Below, piece by piece: positions 36,973 to 46,193 of a stretch of DNA of 64,000 bases (the stretch's first letter is position 1; each line of letters starts with the position of its first letter). The translations under genes were made by a program, and so were the position numbers. Under the pieces are notes generated by a model. It did not search any database, had not been told where the DNA came from, and worked only from the letters and a program-made list of their open reading frames with translations. Origin of the DNA: an uncultured Flavonifractor sp. (lineage in GTDB: Bacteria > Bacillota > Clostridia > Oscillospirales > Oscillospiraceae); assembly GCA_944385585.1 (NCBI GenBank), contig CALWXU010000002.1:3927-67926 (forward strand), in the 5' to 3' direction.

Positions 36973-37581
36973 ATGAGGGAGCTGGCCATCGTGGACTACG
37001 GCGTGGGCAATCTGAAGAGCCTGACCAATGCCCTGAACTATCTGGGCCTGCCCAGCCGCATCACCAGCGACCCGGGGGAGCTGGAGCGGGCCGACGCCAT
37101 CATCCTGCCCGGCGTGGGGGCCTTCCCCGACGCGGCGGAGCGGCTGCGGGAGAGCGGCCTGGCCGGGCTGCTGACCGCGCAGGCGGGAAAAAAGCCCATG
37201 CTGGGCATCTGCCTGGGGATGCAGCTGCTCTTTGACCGGGGGGAGGAGGTGCGCCCCTGCCCCGGCCTGGGGCTGGTACATGGATCGGTAAAAAGGATCG
37301 AAACTACCTGCAAGCTGCCCCACATCGGCTGGAACACCCTGACATTTCCCGGGCAATCCCCTCTGTTCCAAGGGCTGGACGCGGGGGCGTCGGTGTACTT
37401 TGTCCACTCCTACTGTGCCCGGGCGGACGACCCGGCGGACGTGATCGCCGTGACGGACTACGGCGCGCCGGTGACGGCGGCGGTGAACCACGGGCTGGTG
37501 TACGGCTGTCAGTTCCACCCGGAGAAGAGCGGGGATGTGGGGCTGACCATCTTGAAAAACTTTGGGGGGCTGTGCCGATGA
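36973..37581 (+). CDS. hisH: IGP synthase glutaminase subunit
   Basis: VDYGVGNL, LPGVGAF, GICLGMQ, QFHPEKS. Confidence 0.96.
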   Translation: MRELAIVDYGVGNLKSLTNALNYLGLPSRITSDPGELERADAIILPGVGAFPDAAERLRESGLAGLLTAQAGKKPMLGICLGMQLLFDRGEEVRPCPGLGLVHGSVKRIETTCKLPHIGWNTLTFPGQSPLFQGLDAGASVYFVHSYCARADDPADVIAVTDYGAPVTAAVNHGLVYGCQFHPEKSGDVGLTILKNFGGLCR

Positions 37582-38300
37582 TTGTGCTTCCGGCCATTGA
37601 TCTCAAGGACCACCGGGTGGTCCGCCTGTATCAAGGGGCGTTCGACACCGTTCACCAGGTGGCGGAGGACCCCCTCCAGACGGCCTTAGCCTTTGCCGCC
37701 GCCGGGGCAAAGTACATCCACATGGTGGATCTGGACGGCGCCCGCAGCGGGGCACGGAAGAACGGGGCTCAGGTGCGCGCCGTGGCAGAGCGCTCCGGCC
37801 TGCAGGTGGAGCTGGGGGGCGGCCTGCGAACCCTGGCGGATCTGGAGGCGGCCGACGCCATGGGGGTCACCCGCATGGTGATCGGCTCGGCGGCGGTGAG
37901 CGACCCGGACTTTGTACGCGCCGCGGTAGAGCGGTACGGCACACGCATCGCCGTGGGCATTGACGCCAAAAACGGCGTGGTCAAAACCGCCGGCTGGGAG
38001 GCGTCCTCCGGCCTGGACTACCTGGACTTTGCCGCCTCCATGGAACAGATCGGTGTAAAGACTATTATCTTTACAGATATTGATACCGATGGGATGCTCT
38101 CTGGTCCTTCCTGGAAGCGTCTCGAAATACTGCAAAGGAAAATTACTTGTCAGATTATTGCCAGCGGCGGGGTGTCCAGCAACGAGGATATCCGCCGGCT
38201 GCGGGATATGGGCCTCTATGGGGCCATCGTGGGCAAGGCATACTACACCGGGGCGGTGGATCTGGCCCAGGCGGTGAAGGAGGCGGGCGAGCAGTGTTAG
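37578..38300 (+). CDS. hisA: ProFAR isomerase
   Basis: [33 protein letters not shown]. Confidence 0.95.
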   Translation: MIVLPAIDLKDHRVVRLYQGAFDTVHQVAEDPLQTALAFAAAGAKYIHMVDLDGARSGARKNGAQVRAVAERSGLQVELGGGLRTLADLEAADAMGVTRMVIGSAAVSDPDFVRAAVERYGTRIAVGIDAKNGVVKTAGWEASSGLDYLDFAASMEQIGVKTIIFTDIDTDGMLSGPSWKRLEILQRKITCQIIASGGVSSNEDIRRLRDMGLYGAIVGKAYYTGAVDLAQAVKEAGEQC

Positions 38301-39049
38301 CCAAGCGCATCATCCCCTGCCTGGACGTGCGGGACGGCCGGGTGGTGAAGGGGGTCAACTTCGTCAACATCCGGGACGCCGGTGACCCGGTGGAGCTGGC
38401 CCGGTATTACTCGGACCAGGGGGCGGACGAGATCGTCTTTCTGGACATCACCGCCACCCACGAGGCGAGAAAGACGGTGGCCCACGTGGTGGAGCGGACG
38501 GCGGAGCAGGTGTTCGTCCCCCTGACGGTGGGGGGCGGCATCCGCACCCTGGACGACTTCCGGGAGCTGCTGCGGGCCGGGGCGGACAAGATCTCCGTCA
38601 ACTCAGCGGCGGTGGCCCGACCGGCGCTGATCACCGAGGCGGCGGAGCGGTTCGGTTCCCAGTGCGTGGTGCTGGCCGTGGACGCCAGGAGCCGGGGGGA
38701 CGGCACCTGGGAGGTGGTGGTGGCCGGCGGGCGGAAGCCCACGGGCCTCGACCTGCTGGAGTGGGTGAAAAAGGGGGAGGCCCTGGGGGCGGGGGAGATC
38801 CTCCTCACCTCCATGGACGCCGACGGCACCAAGGCTGGCTTCGACCTGCCCATGACCCGCGCGGTGACGGAGGCGGTGGGTATCCCGGTGATCGCCTCCG
38901 GCGGCTGCGGGGGCCTGTCCCACTTCACGGAGGTGTTTGAGGAGACGGGCTGCGATGCGGCCCTGGCGGCCTCCCTGTTCCACTTTGGGGAGCTGACGGT
39001 GCCCCAGGTGAAGGACTACCTGCGGGCGCGGAACATTCCGGTGAGGTGA
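38294..39049 (+). CDS. hisF: IGP synthase cyclase subunit
   Basis: [31 protein letters not shown]; GTG start. Confidence 0.96.
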   Translation: MLAKRIIPCLDVRDGRVVKGVNFVNIRDAGDPVELARYYSDQGADEIVFLDITATHEARKTVAHVVERTAEQVFVPLTVGGGIRTLDDFRELLRAGADKISVNSAAVARPALITEAAERFGSQCVVLAVDARSRGDGTWEVVVAGGRKPTGLDLLEWVKKGEALGAGEILLTSMDADGTKAGFDLPMTRAVTEAVGIPVIASGGCGGLSHFTEVFEETGCDAALAASLFHFGELTVPQVKDYLRARNIPVR

Positions 39050-39054
39050 GAGAG

Positions 39055-39393
39055 ATGGAGACGACCTTCGATCTGGACCGGCTCTTCCAGAAGTCGGAGC
39101 TGATCCCGGTGATTATCCAGGACGTGAGCAGCCTGGAGGTGCTGATGCTGGGCTTCACCAACCGGGAGGCGGTGGAGCTGACCCTGCAAACCAAGACCGC
39201 CTGGTTCTGGAGCCGCAGCCGGCAGAAGCTGTGGAACAAGGGGGAGAGCTCCGGCCACTTCCTCCACGTAAAGCGGGTGGTCACCGACTGTGACACCGAC
39301 ACCCTGCTCTACCTCTGCACGCCGGAGGGCCCCACCTGCCACACCGGGGCGGACAGCTGCTTTTTCAACGAAATTTGGAGGGATGAACCATGA
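39055..39393 (+). CDS. hisI: Phosphoribosyl-AMP cyclohydrolase
   Basis: WSRSRQKLWNKGESSG, DCDTD, CHTG. Confidence 0.95.
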   Translation: METTFDLDRLFQKSELIPVIIQDVSSLEVLMLGFTNREAVELTLQTKTAWFWSRSRQKLWNKGESSGHFLHVKRVVTDCDTDTLLYLCTPEGPTCHTGADSCFFNEIWRDEP

Positions 39394-39719
39394 GCGACGC
39401 CGTTTTGAATGAACTGTACCAGGTGGTGCTGGGCCGCAAGGCGGAGCGCCAGGAGGGCTCCTACACCTGCTACCTCTTTGACCAGGGCCTGGACAAGATT
39501 TTAAAGAAGGTGGGGGAGGAGAGCGCTGAGACCATCATCGCCGCCAAGAACGGCGAGGCGGCGCGGACGGTGGAGGAGATCTCCGACCTGCTCTACCACC
39601 TGATGGTGCTGATGGCGGCCCAGGACATCCCCCTGGAGGCGGTGCTGGATGAGCTGGACCGCCGGAGCCAGAAGATCGGCAATCTGAAAAAGATGAAAAC
39701 CGTGGACCACGAGACCTGA
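39390..39719 (+). CDS. hisE: Phosphoribosyl-ATP pyrophosphatase
   Basis: GSYT, KKVGEESAE, DLLYHL. Confidence 0.95.
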   Translation: MSDAVLNELYQVVLGRKAERQEGSYTCYLFDQGLDKILKKVGEESAETIIAAKNGEAARTVEEISDLLYHLMVLMAAQDIPLEAVLDELDRRSQKIGNLKKMKTVDHET

Positions 39720-39720
39720 A

Positions 39721-39754
39721 GCACGGGCGCGCCGGAAAATCGGCGCGCCCGTGT
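39721..39754. terminator. Stem-loop ending the his operon
   Basis: CACGGGCGCGCCG/CGGCGCGCCCGTG stem. Confidence 0.6.
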
Positions 39755-39862
39755 CCCGCTTCCTGTGCCCTGTGGGTTCAGAGAAAAAGGAATTTTATAC
39801 AATTTTCGCCCAATGCGGGGTGCAGGATGGGAGCTGGCTTTGCAGTTCGGCGGCTGCTGGGT

Positions 39863-40411
39863 TCAGCCCCCGCCCAGCAGCTCCGGCCGGGTAAGCGAAG
39901 GGGACTGGGCGTGGGTGACGAAGATACGCTGCAGCCGGTTCAGGGTATCCCAGCTCTCTGGGTCCAGATTGCCGGTCTCCGGCCGGCCACCAGCCCGCTG
40001 GAGCCACTGGAGGTTGCGGGTGGTGGGGCCGTCGTGGCGGCCGTTAACAGCCCCGGGCTCCACCCCGTCCAGCGTCTCCGCCAGCCCACGGAACGCGGCC
40101 TGAGGCGCATTCAGGTGGACGCTCTCGCCGCCGGGGCTGGTGGTGATAGGCAGGGGAGAGGACAGCCGGTCCTCTGCCTGGCGGTACAGGGCCGCAATGG
40201 CGTCCCAGGTGCCCTGGTCCACCCGTCCGGTGACCGGGGGAAAGAACTCCCGCTGGAGGAGCATCACGGCCTCCAGGGTGCGCTCCCCAAAGATGCCGTC
40301 AGGTGTAACTCTGGGCAGGAAGGGGTAGACGTAGGACAGGGTGCGCAGCATGGTCTGCAGGCTGCGCACCGGCCGGCCGATGAAGTGGGCGTCGGTACGG
40401 ATCATGGGCAC
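39863..40411 (-). CDS. Peptidoglycan-binding domain protein
   Basis: VRSLQTML, DGIFGERTLEAV, VTGRVDQGTW; second degenerate repeat ETGNLDPESW. Confidence 0.8.
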   Translation of the reverse strand: MPMIRTDAHFIGRPVRSLQTMLRTLSYVYPFLPRVTPDGIFGERTLEAVMLLQREFFPPVTGRVDQGTWDAIAALYRQAEDRLSSPLPITTSPGGESVHLNAPQAAFRGLAETLDGVEPGAVNGRHDGPTTRNLQWLQRAGGRPETGNLDPESWDTLNRLQRIFVTHAQSPSLTRPELLGGG

Positions 40412-40417
40412 TCCTCC

Positions 40418-41620
40418 TTACGCATCTGTGCTGCCCAGGGTCAGGGGGCGGCCAGGGTATTGGGTCAGGCTGGTGGCGTCACTCTCCGCCAATTGGGGGC
40501 GGTACTGTTCGGGGATAACGTTGGTGTATTCGGTCATCGTGTCCACGATGCCGGCGTAGAGCCGGTAGAGGGCCTGCCAGGTCTGCTCCCCCACCACGCC
40601 GTCCTGGGGCAGCCCGGCCATCTGCTGTACGGCGATGACCGCCTGACGGGTATCTGGGCCGTATACGCCGTCTATTGATACCTGCGGTACGCTGCTGTAA
40701 AACTCCGAGACCACGGAGAGGAGGTACTGGACCACCCGCACGCCCTCTCCAACATCCCCTGGAGCGAGCACCTCGGAAAATTCCAGGGGGATGGCGTTGG
40801 CATAGAAGGTCTGCCCCTCGCTGACCAGCTCCGCCAGCTCCAGCACCCCCACGTAGAGGAATACCAGCTTATACCAGGTGGCGCTGCCCACGATGCCGTC
40901 GGGGGTGAGGCTGAAGACCTGCTGGAACTTGGTCACAGCCTGCTCGGTGCTCTCCCCGAAGATACCGTCCACCGGCTGCACCTTGGGTATGGCAGGATAG
41001 TCCCGGGAGATGCGGTTGAGCATGGCCTGGACGCGGAGCACCGCCTCCCCCCGGTCGCCCAGCCGCACCGGGGCGCCGGGATAGGAATATTGTATCCCCA
41101 TCACCGGGGCGCCCTGGACGATCTCAATGTCCTCGCCATAGTAGCGGCGGAGGATGGCCACGGAATCCGCCCCCTGCTCCGCCATGGCCTGACTGCCCCA
41201 CTGGGACAGCCCGTCGCAGGTGGCGGTGGTGCCGTTGCAGAACTTGGCGGCCAGGGGCTCCACGAACCCGGCGCGCCGTATGTAGGAGTTGAAGATGGCG
41301 TCCACAATCTCGCTGATGTTCTCAAAGATGCTGCGGCCCTTGATGAATTTCTGGTCGTAGGCGGTGCTGGCGGTGATGTTGAAGGGGTAGCCCCGGCTGG
41401 GGTAGTACTCGGTGTACACCCGGTTCAGGGCGAAGGAGGTGATGGCCAGCACGTTGGCCCGGATGGCGGCGGGTTCCCAGGTGGGGTAGATCTCGCTGGA
41501 GGCCACGTTCTTTACGTAATCGGGAAAGGAGACGGTCACATTCTCCGCGTCCGAGCCGGGGGGCCCCATGTGGACGGTGATGGCCTGCGGCACATAGGGG
41601 GTGATGGGCGTGGTGGGCAT
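40418..41620 (-). CDS. sleC: SleC-like spore cortex-lytic enzyme (catalytic domain plus two PG-binding domains)
   Basis: YVKNVASSEIYPTW, SFALNRVYTE, LSQWGS, DGIFG, DGIVG, DGVYG. Confidence 0.85.
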   Translation of the reverse strand: MPTTPITPYVPQAITVHMGPPGSDAENVTVSFPDYVKNVASSEIYPTWEPAAIRANVLAITSFALNRVYTEYYPSRGYPFNITASTAYDQKFIKGRSIFENISEIVDAIFNSYIRRAGFVEPLAAKFCNGTTATCDGLSQWGSQAMAEQGADSVAILRRYYGEDIEIVQGAPVMGIQYSYPGAPVRLGDRGEAVLRVQAMLNRISRDYPAIPKVQPVDGIFGESTEQAVTKFQQVFSLTPDGIVGSATWYKLVFLYVGVLELAELVSEGQTFYANAIPLEFSEVLAPGDVGEGVRVVQYLLSVVSEFYSSVPQVSIDGVYGPDTRQAVIAVQQMAGLPQDGVVGEQTWQALYRLYAGIVDTMTEYTNVIPEQYRPQLAESDATSLTQYPGRPLTLGSTDA

Positions 41621-41632
41621 AAGCGGCCTCCT

Positions 41633-42022
41633 TTACAGCTCCTGGGGAGTGACGTTGACGGTTTCGCTGCGGGAGAAGGGCGGGGCCTGCTCCGGCAGGG
41701 GGATCAGCTCCACCTCCTGGAGGGTCTCTGTGTCGGGGAACACCTGCATATTCTCCAGGAAGAGCATCTCGTAGCCAGGCGCCTCCACCCAGACGTCGCA
41801 GGAGGCAAAGGGGGTGGGGGTGCCGGGGGACTCGCTGGCGGCCGGGTCGGGGGTGGCCACCCGCGCGGGAGCGATGCGGCCGTTCTCATCGGTGGTGCGG
41901 ACGGCCAGCAGGGTGTGCCGCCCGCCGCCGCTCTTCTGGGTGACTGCCACCGTGGCGCCGGGCACAGGCAGCTGGGCCCGGGAGGTGTAGACGCGGAGCA
42001 TGATGGTTCCAATCGAGGCCAA
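41633..42022 (-). CDS. Stand-alone protein resembling the SleC N-terminal pre/pro (carboxypeptidase-regulatory-like) region
   Basis: PVPGATV, TTDENG, SESPG..PF, EAPGY, QVFPD; GGAGG RBS with TTG start. Confidence 0.7.
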   Translation of the reverse strand: MASIGTIMLRVYTSRAQLPVPGATVAVTQKSGGGRHTLLAVRTTDENGRIAPARVATPDPAASESPGTPTPFASCDVWVEAPGYEMLFLENMQVFPDTETLQEVELIPLPEQAPPFSRSETVNVTPQEL

Positions 42023-42044
42023 GTGTCATTCCTCCTTTTTACCC

Positions 42045-42071
42045 AGCCTATGCCGGGGCGGGGAAAAGGTT
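42045..42071 (-). promoter_or_regulatory. SigK-like promoter for the sleC cluster
   Basis: AC-N16-CATAGGCT just upstream of the RBS. Confidence 0.5.
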
Positions 42072-42091
42072 GCCCGCCGCCGGGCTGTCCC

Positions 42092-42120
42092 TTGAAATGG
42101 GCAGGTTCTCCCTGTATAAT
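42092..42120 (+). promoter_or_regulatory. SigA promoter
   Basis: TTGAAA-N17-TATAAT. Confidence 0.75.
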
Positions 42121-42164
42121 GGGGGCAGACAGAGAACACATTTGCTTTCCAGGGGGCGATTTCC

Positions 42165-42539
42165 TTGAAGGGATATAAGATATGTGCGGCGCTGGTTTTG
42201 GGACTGGCCTTTGTTTTTGGACTGACCGGCTGCTCCGCGCCGGAATCCGAGGCGGCCAGCTGGGACACCTCGCCCATGATTGTCATAGACGGCGGGAATT
42301 TCCTGGCGCCGTCCATGCCCGTGGATGAGCTTCCCGAGGGGTATGAGTACATCGGCGAGCTGTCGGAGGAGGCGGCCAACGACACCGGCCTGGCGGGGTG
42401 CAGCATGTACGCCGAGACGGAGCGCGGCTTTGCCGACTTCTATCTGTACCAGGAGTGCGGCACCCCGGTCAGCGAGGACACGGTGGACAACACCAGACTG
42501 CAGTGGGCGTACGTGCGGTGGGAGCGGTCTGACGGATAG
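42165..42539 (+). CDS. Putative lipoprotein
   Basis: Signal peptide with lipobox LTGC; acidic mature domain. Confidence 0.75.
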   Translation: MKGYKICAALVLGLAFVFGLTGCSAPESEAASWDTSPMIVIDGGNFLAPSMPVDELPEGYEYIGELSEEAANDTGLAGCSMYAETERGFADFYLYQECGTPVSEDTVDNTRLQWAYVRWERSDG

Positions 42540-42668
42540 GGACGCAGGCGTCTCGCTGGCCCGCAGGCCGCGGTACTGGCCGGCTTACGGGCTGTCGAGC
42601 TATGCCGTGGTTGGGGAGGCGGCGCACAAGGCCCTGCGGGCAAGGGGGAGGGGCGGGCAGTCCTCCCC

Positions 42669-42697
42669 TTGTACTTTTCGGGGAAATTTGCTATAAT
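42669..42697 (+). promoter_or_regulatory. SigA promoter for the site-2 protease-scpAB operon
   Basis: TTGTAC-N17-TATAAT with extended TG. Confidence 0.7.
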
Positions 42698-42843
42698 CAG
42701 CTTTACCGCCGCATCTGGATGGAGAAGATGCCGAACCTGAGGGGGCTGGGCGGCTGCCCGGTATCTGGCGGGAAGTCCGCCGGGCGGGTTATCTGGAGGA
42801 CTGCCTGAACCGGCTCCGGCGCAGGTTGTTGGAGGAATCGCAG

Positions 42844-43554
42844 TTGGGCTCTGTTTCACAATTTGTCCAGGGTATGGACTGGTGGGGGCTGCTGACCCTG
42901 CTCATCAGCGCGGCTGCGGCCCTGCTGTGCATCACCCTGCATGAGCTCTCCCATGGCTTTATGGCCTGGCGGCTGGGGGACCCCACCGCCAAGAACGCCG
43001 GGCGGCTCACCCTCAACCCCATCAAGCACCTGGACCTCTTCGGCCTGCTGATGATGCTCATCGCCAAGGTGGGCTGGGCCAAGCCGGTGCCGGTGGACAT
43101 GCGCTATTTCAAACACCCCAAGCAGGGCATGGCGATGACCGCCCTGGCCGGGCCGGCGGCCAACTTTGCAACCGCCCTGGCGGCCACGGCGCTGGCCTCC
43201 CTGATCTACCATGCCGCCCCGCTCCAGCCGGTGTGGGTGGCGGTGCTGTGCCTGCTGTCCAACCTGGCGCTGCTGGGGGTGGGCATGGGGCTGTTCAATC
43301 TCATCCCCATCTCCCCGCTGGACGGCTCCAAGATCCTGTTCGCCCTGCTGCCGGACCGGGCGTACATCACCATCCTGCGCTATGAGAAGTACGTCATGGG
43401 GCTGCTGATCGTCCTGGTGCTGCTGGGCGTGTTCGACCGGCCCTTGTCCTTTCTCATGCTCCACACGCTCCAGGCCTTCTGCACCGTGACCGGGATGCCC
43501 TTGGGGGCCCTGCTGGTGTTCCAGGACGCGGCCAGTATCTTCCAACTGTTTTGA
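42844..43554 (+). CDS. Site-2 protease (M50, YwhC-like)
   Basis: HELSHG, GDPTAK, GWAKPVP, FNLIPISPLDGS; TTG after GGAGG. Confidence 0.92.
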   Translation: MGSVSQFVQGMDWWGLLTLLISAAAALLCITLHELSHGFMAWRLGDPTAKNAGRLTLNPIKHLDLFGLLMMLIAKVGWAKPVPVDMRYFKHPKQGMAMTALAGPAANFATALAATALASLIYHAAPLQPVWVAVLCLLSNLALLGVGMGLFNLIPISPLDGSKILFALLPDRAYITILRYEKYVMGLLIVLVLLGVFDRPLSFLMLHTLQAFCTVTGMPLGALLVFQDAASIFQLF

Positions 43555-43555
43555 G

Positions 43556-44374
43556 GTGAGCGCCATCGAAACGCCGATTTTTCACCTGGAAAAGGTGGTC
43601 AAGGCGCGGGACGAGGGGATGGAGGACTTCAACGGTCCTCTGGATCTGATCCTCCACCTGCTGAGTAAAAACAAAATGGAGATCAAGGACATCCAGATCT
43701 CCCTGATCCTGGACCAGTACCTGGCGTGGATGGCCCGGCGGAAGGAGCTGGATCTGGAGGTGGCCAGCGAGTTTGTCACCATGGCGGCCCAGCTGGTGTT
43801 CATCAAGACCCGGATGCTCCTGTCCATCCACGACGAGGAGGCCCTGTCCGAGATGGAACAGCTCATCGCCTCCCTGGAGGAGCACCAGCGGCATGAGAAC
43901 TTTGCCAGGATCAAGGCCGTGGTGCCGGAGCTGTCCGACCGCTACGCCGTGGGCCGGGACTACCTGACCAAGACGCCGGAGCCGGTGCCGGTGGAAAAGA
44001 CCTACCGCTATGTCCACAAGGCGGAGGACCTGGTGCGGGCCATGACGTCGGTGCTGGAGCGGGTGGACCACCGCCTGCCGCCCCCCATGGCCGCCTTTGA
44101 GGGGATTGTGGGGCGGGAGCCCTACCCGGTGGCGGACAAGGCCGGCGAGATTCTGGAGCGTTTGAGCCGCTTTGGCGTGACCCGGTTCCGGGCCCTGTTC
44201 AAGGGCAACCGCAGCCGCTCGGAGATCGTGGCCACCTTCATCGCCGTGCTGGAGCTGTGCAAGGCCCGCCGGCTCCGCCTGGCTGGCACGGAGACGGACT
44301 GCACCGTCACCTGTACCGGCGAGGGGGAGGCGGAGGCGCTGGAGCTGACCACCGACGGCGAGACAGCGGAATAG
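43556..44374 (+). CDS. scpA: Segregation and condensation protein A
   Basis: FNGPLDLILHL, SEFVTMAA, IVATFIAVLEL. Confidence 0.93.
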   Translation: MSAIETPIFHLEKVVKARDEGMEDFNGPLDLILHLLSKNKMEIKDIQISLILDQYLAWMARRKELDLEVASEFVTMAAQLVFIKTRMLLSIHDEEALSEMEQLIASLEEHQRHENFARIKAVVPELSDRYAVGRDYLTKTPEPVPVEKTYRYVHKAEDLVRAMTSVLERVDHRLPPPMAAFEGIVGREPYPVADKAGEILERLSRFGVTRFRALFKGNRSRSEIVATFIAVLELCKARRLRLAGTETDCTVTCTGEGEAEALELTTDGETAE

Positions 44375-44413
44375 CGACGGCCAGGCTACAACCGGGCAGA
44401 TTGGGGTTATACT

Positions 44414-45076
44414 ATGGAATTGAAGGAAATTGAATCCGCCATCGAGGGCATCCTGTTTGCGGCGGGGGAGCCGGTGGGGGTGGAGCGCATCTGCCTGGCC
44501 CTGGAGATCGACCGGGCCACGGCGGACGCGGTGTGCCAGCGTCTGGCAGACGCTTACAGCTATGAGCGCCGGGGCATCCGGCTGGTCAAGCTGGACAGCA
44601 GCTATCAGCTCTGCTCCGCGCCGGAGTTCGCCCCGTACATCCGCAAGGCCTTCGAGAGCCGCCGGCCCGCCCGCCTGAGCCAGCCCGCCCTGGAGGTGCT
44701 GGCCATCATCGCCTACTACCAGCCCGTCACCCGGGCCTACGTGGACCAGATCCGGGGGGTGGACAGCTCCTACACCGTGGGGCTGCTGCTGGAGCGGGAG
44801 CTCATCGAGGAGTGCGGCCGCCTGGCGGTGCCGGGCCGGCCCATCCAGTACCGCACCACCCAGAATTTCCTGCGCGCCTTCGGCCTGTCCAGCCTGGAGG
44901 AGCTGCCGGAGCTGCCCAATGCCTCCCCGGAGGACGGACAGATCACCATGGAGATGCAGGCGGCGCTGGAGCGGCTCCAGGCGGCGGAGCGCGCAGAGGG
45001 GGAGCTGGCCCAGGTGACGGAGGAGGAGATCCTCCGGGCCGCCCAGGAGCTGGCCCAGACAGAGGAGGCGCAATAG
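44414..45076 (+). CDS. scpB: Segregation and condensation protein B
   Basis: IEGILFA, LEVLAIIAYYQP, IRGVDS, FGLSSLEELP. Confidence 0.95.
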   Translation: MELKEIESAIEGILFAAGEPVGVERICLALEIDRATADAVCQRLADAYSYERRGIRLVKLDSSYQLCSAPEFAPYIRKAFESRRPARLSQPALEVLAIIAYYQPVTRAYVDQIRGVDSSYTVGLLLERELIEECGRLAVPGRPIQYRTTQNFLRAFGLSSLEELPELPNASPEDGQITMEMQAALERLQAAERAEGELAQVTEEEILRAAQELAQTEEAQ

Positions 45077-45079
45077 ACC

Positions 45080-45682
45080 ATGACAGCCCTTGTCATCCTG
45101 GCCGCCGTGGCCGCGGCCCTGGTGCTTCTGGGGCAGGTGCGCCTGGGCGCGGCGGTGGACTACGCCGCCCAGGGGCTGCGGCTGCGGATCAGGGTGGGCC
45201 CTCTGCAGTTCCAGGCCTATCCGAGGCCGGAAAAGCAGAAAAAGCGGAAGGCGAAGAAAAAGGAGCCGGACAAGCCCCGGGAAAAGGCCGCCCCCCTGGC
45301 CCAGCTCAGGCGGTATCTGCCCCTGGTCGCCGACGCGGCGGGGCGGCTGAGGCGGAAAATCCGCATCGACCGCTTCTGCCTGGACTTCACCGCGGCGGCG
45401 GCCGACCCCGCGTCGGCCGCCCTGCTCTTCGGCGGGGCCAACGCGGCCGTGGGTATGATCTGGCCCCTGGTGGAGCAGAATTTCAACGTAAAGGAACGGC
45501 GCATCCGCACCCGGGTGGATTTTACCGCCCAGCGGCCGGATGCCGCCCTCTCCGCGGCGGCCACGCTGACTGCGGCCCAGGCCCTGTCCCTGGCCCTCCG
45601 GCTGGCTGTGGGCTTTTGGAAGGAACAATCCCAATCCAGTGCCGGGGACAAGGCCCCGGCCAGACAGAAAGAGGCGGTTTAA
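45080..45682 (+). CDS. YtfI/DUF2953-like protein
   Basis: N-terminal TM, Lys-rich patch, DPASAALLFG; precedes ytfJ. Confidence 0.7.
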   Translation: MTALVILAAVAAALVLLGQVRLGAAVDYAAQGLRLRIRVGPLQFQAYPRPEKQKKRKAKKKEPDKPREKAAPLAQLRRYLPLVADAAGRLRRKIRIDRFCLDFTAAAADPASAALLFGGANAAVGMIWPLVEQNFNVKERRIRTRVDFTAQRPDAALSAAATLTAAQALSLALRLAVGFWKEQSQSSAGDKAPARQKEAV

Positions 45683-45685
45683 GCT

Positions 45686-46153
45686 ATGGAAAAGCAGCAT
45701 CCCATCGGCGATCTCATGAATACCACCATGCAGAAGCTCCGGGAGATTGCGGACGTGGACACCATTGTGGGCAAGCCCATCCAGGCGGGGAATGTGACCA
45801 TCATCCCCATCTCCCGGCTGACGGTGGGCTTCGCCTCCGGCGGCAGCGACTTCATCTGCAAGGGCCAGCAGCCGGAGGCGGACAACTCCTTCGGCGGCGG
45901 CAGCGGCGCGGGGATGAACCTGTCCCCCGTGGCCTTCCTGATCGTCAAGGGGGACACCGTGAAGCTGATGCCGGTGGCGCCCCCGGCGGCCACCACCGTG
46001 GACCGGGTGGTGGAGATGGTGCCGGAGGTGATCGACAAGATCACCGGCTTCATCGAGAAGCAGGAGAAGAGCGACAAGGACAACGCCGGCCAGTACGCCA
46101 GCTATTACCAGGGCCAGCCGGACGGGCAGGCCGGGGATAAGACGGAGGGCTGA
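45686..46153 (+). CDS. ytfJ: Sporulation protein YtfJ/GerW
   Basis: DVDTIVGKPI, GFASGGSD, FGGGSGAG, PVAFL. Confidence 0.93.
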   Translation: MEKQHPIGDLMNTTMQKLREIADVDTIVGKPIQAGNVTIIPISRLTVGFASGGSDFICKGQQPEADNSFGGGSGAGMNLSPVAFLIVKGDTVKLMPVAPPAATTVDRVVEMVPEVIDKITGFIEKQEKSDKDNAGQYASYYQGQPDGQAGDKTEG

Positions 46154-46164
46154 GGCGCATACTA
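46135..46164 (+). promoter_or_regulatory. Sporulation sigma (SigE/SigG-like) promoter for dacB
   Basis: GGATA-N18-CATACTA. Confidence 0.45.
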
Positions 46165-46193
46165 GCGGCATCTATCCTCTGAGGTGATGCCCC

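Noticed and set aside
42700-42843. 29-codon uORF or structured RNA in the site-2 protease leader
   Set aside because: No convincing RBS or recognisable RNA motif; cannot be supported from sequence alone
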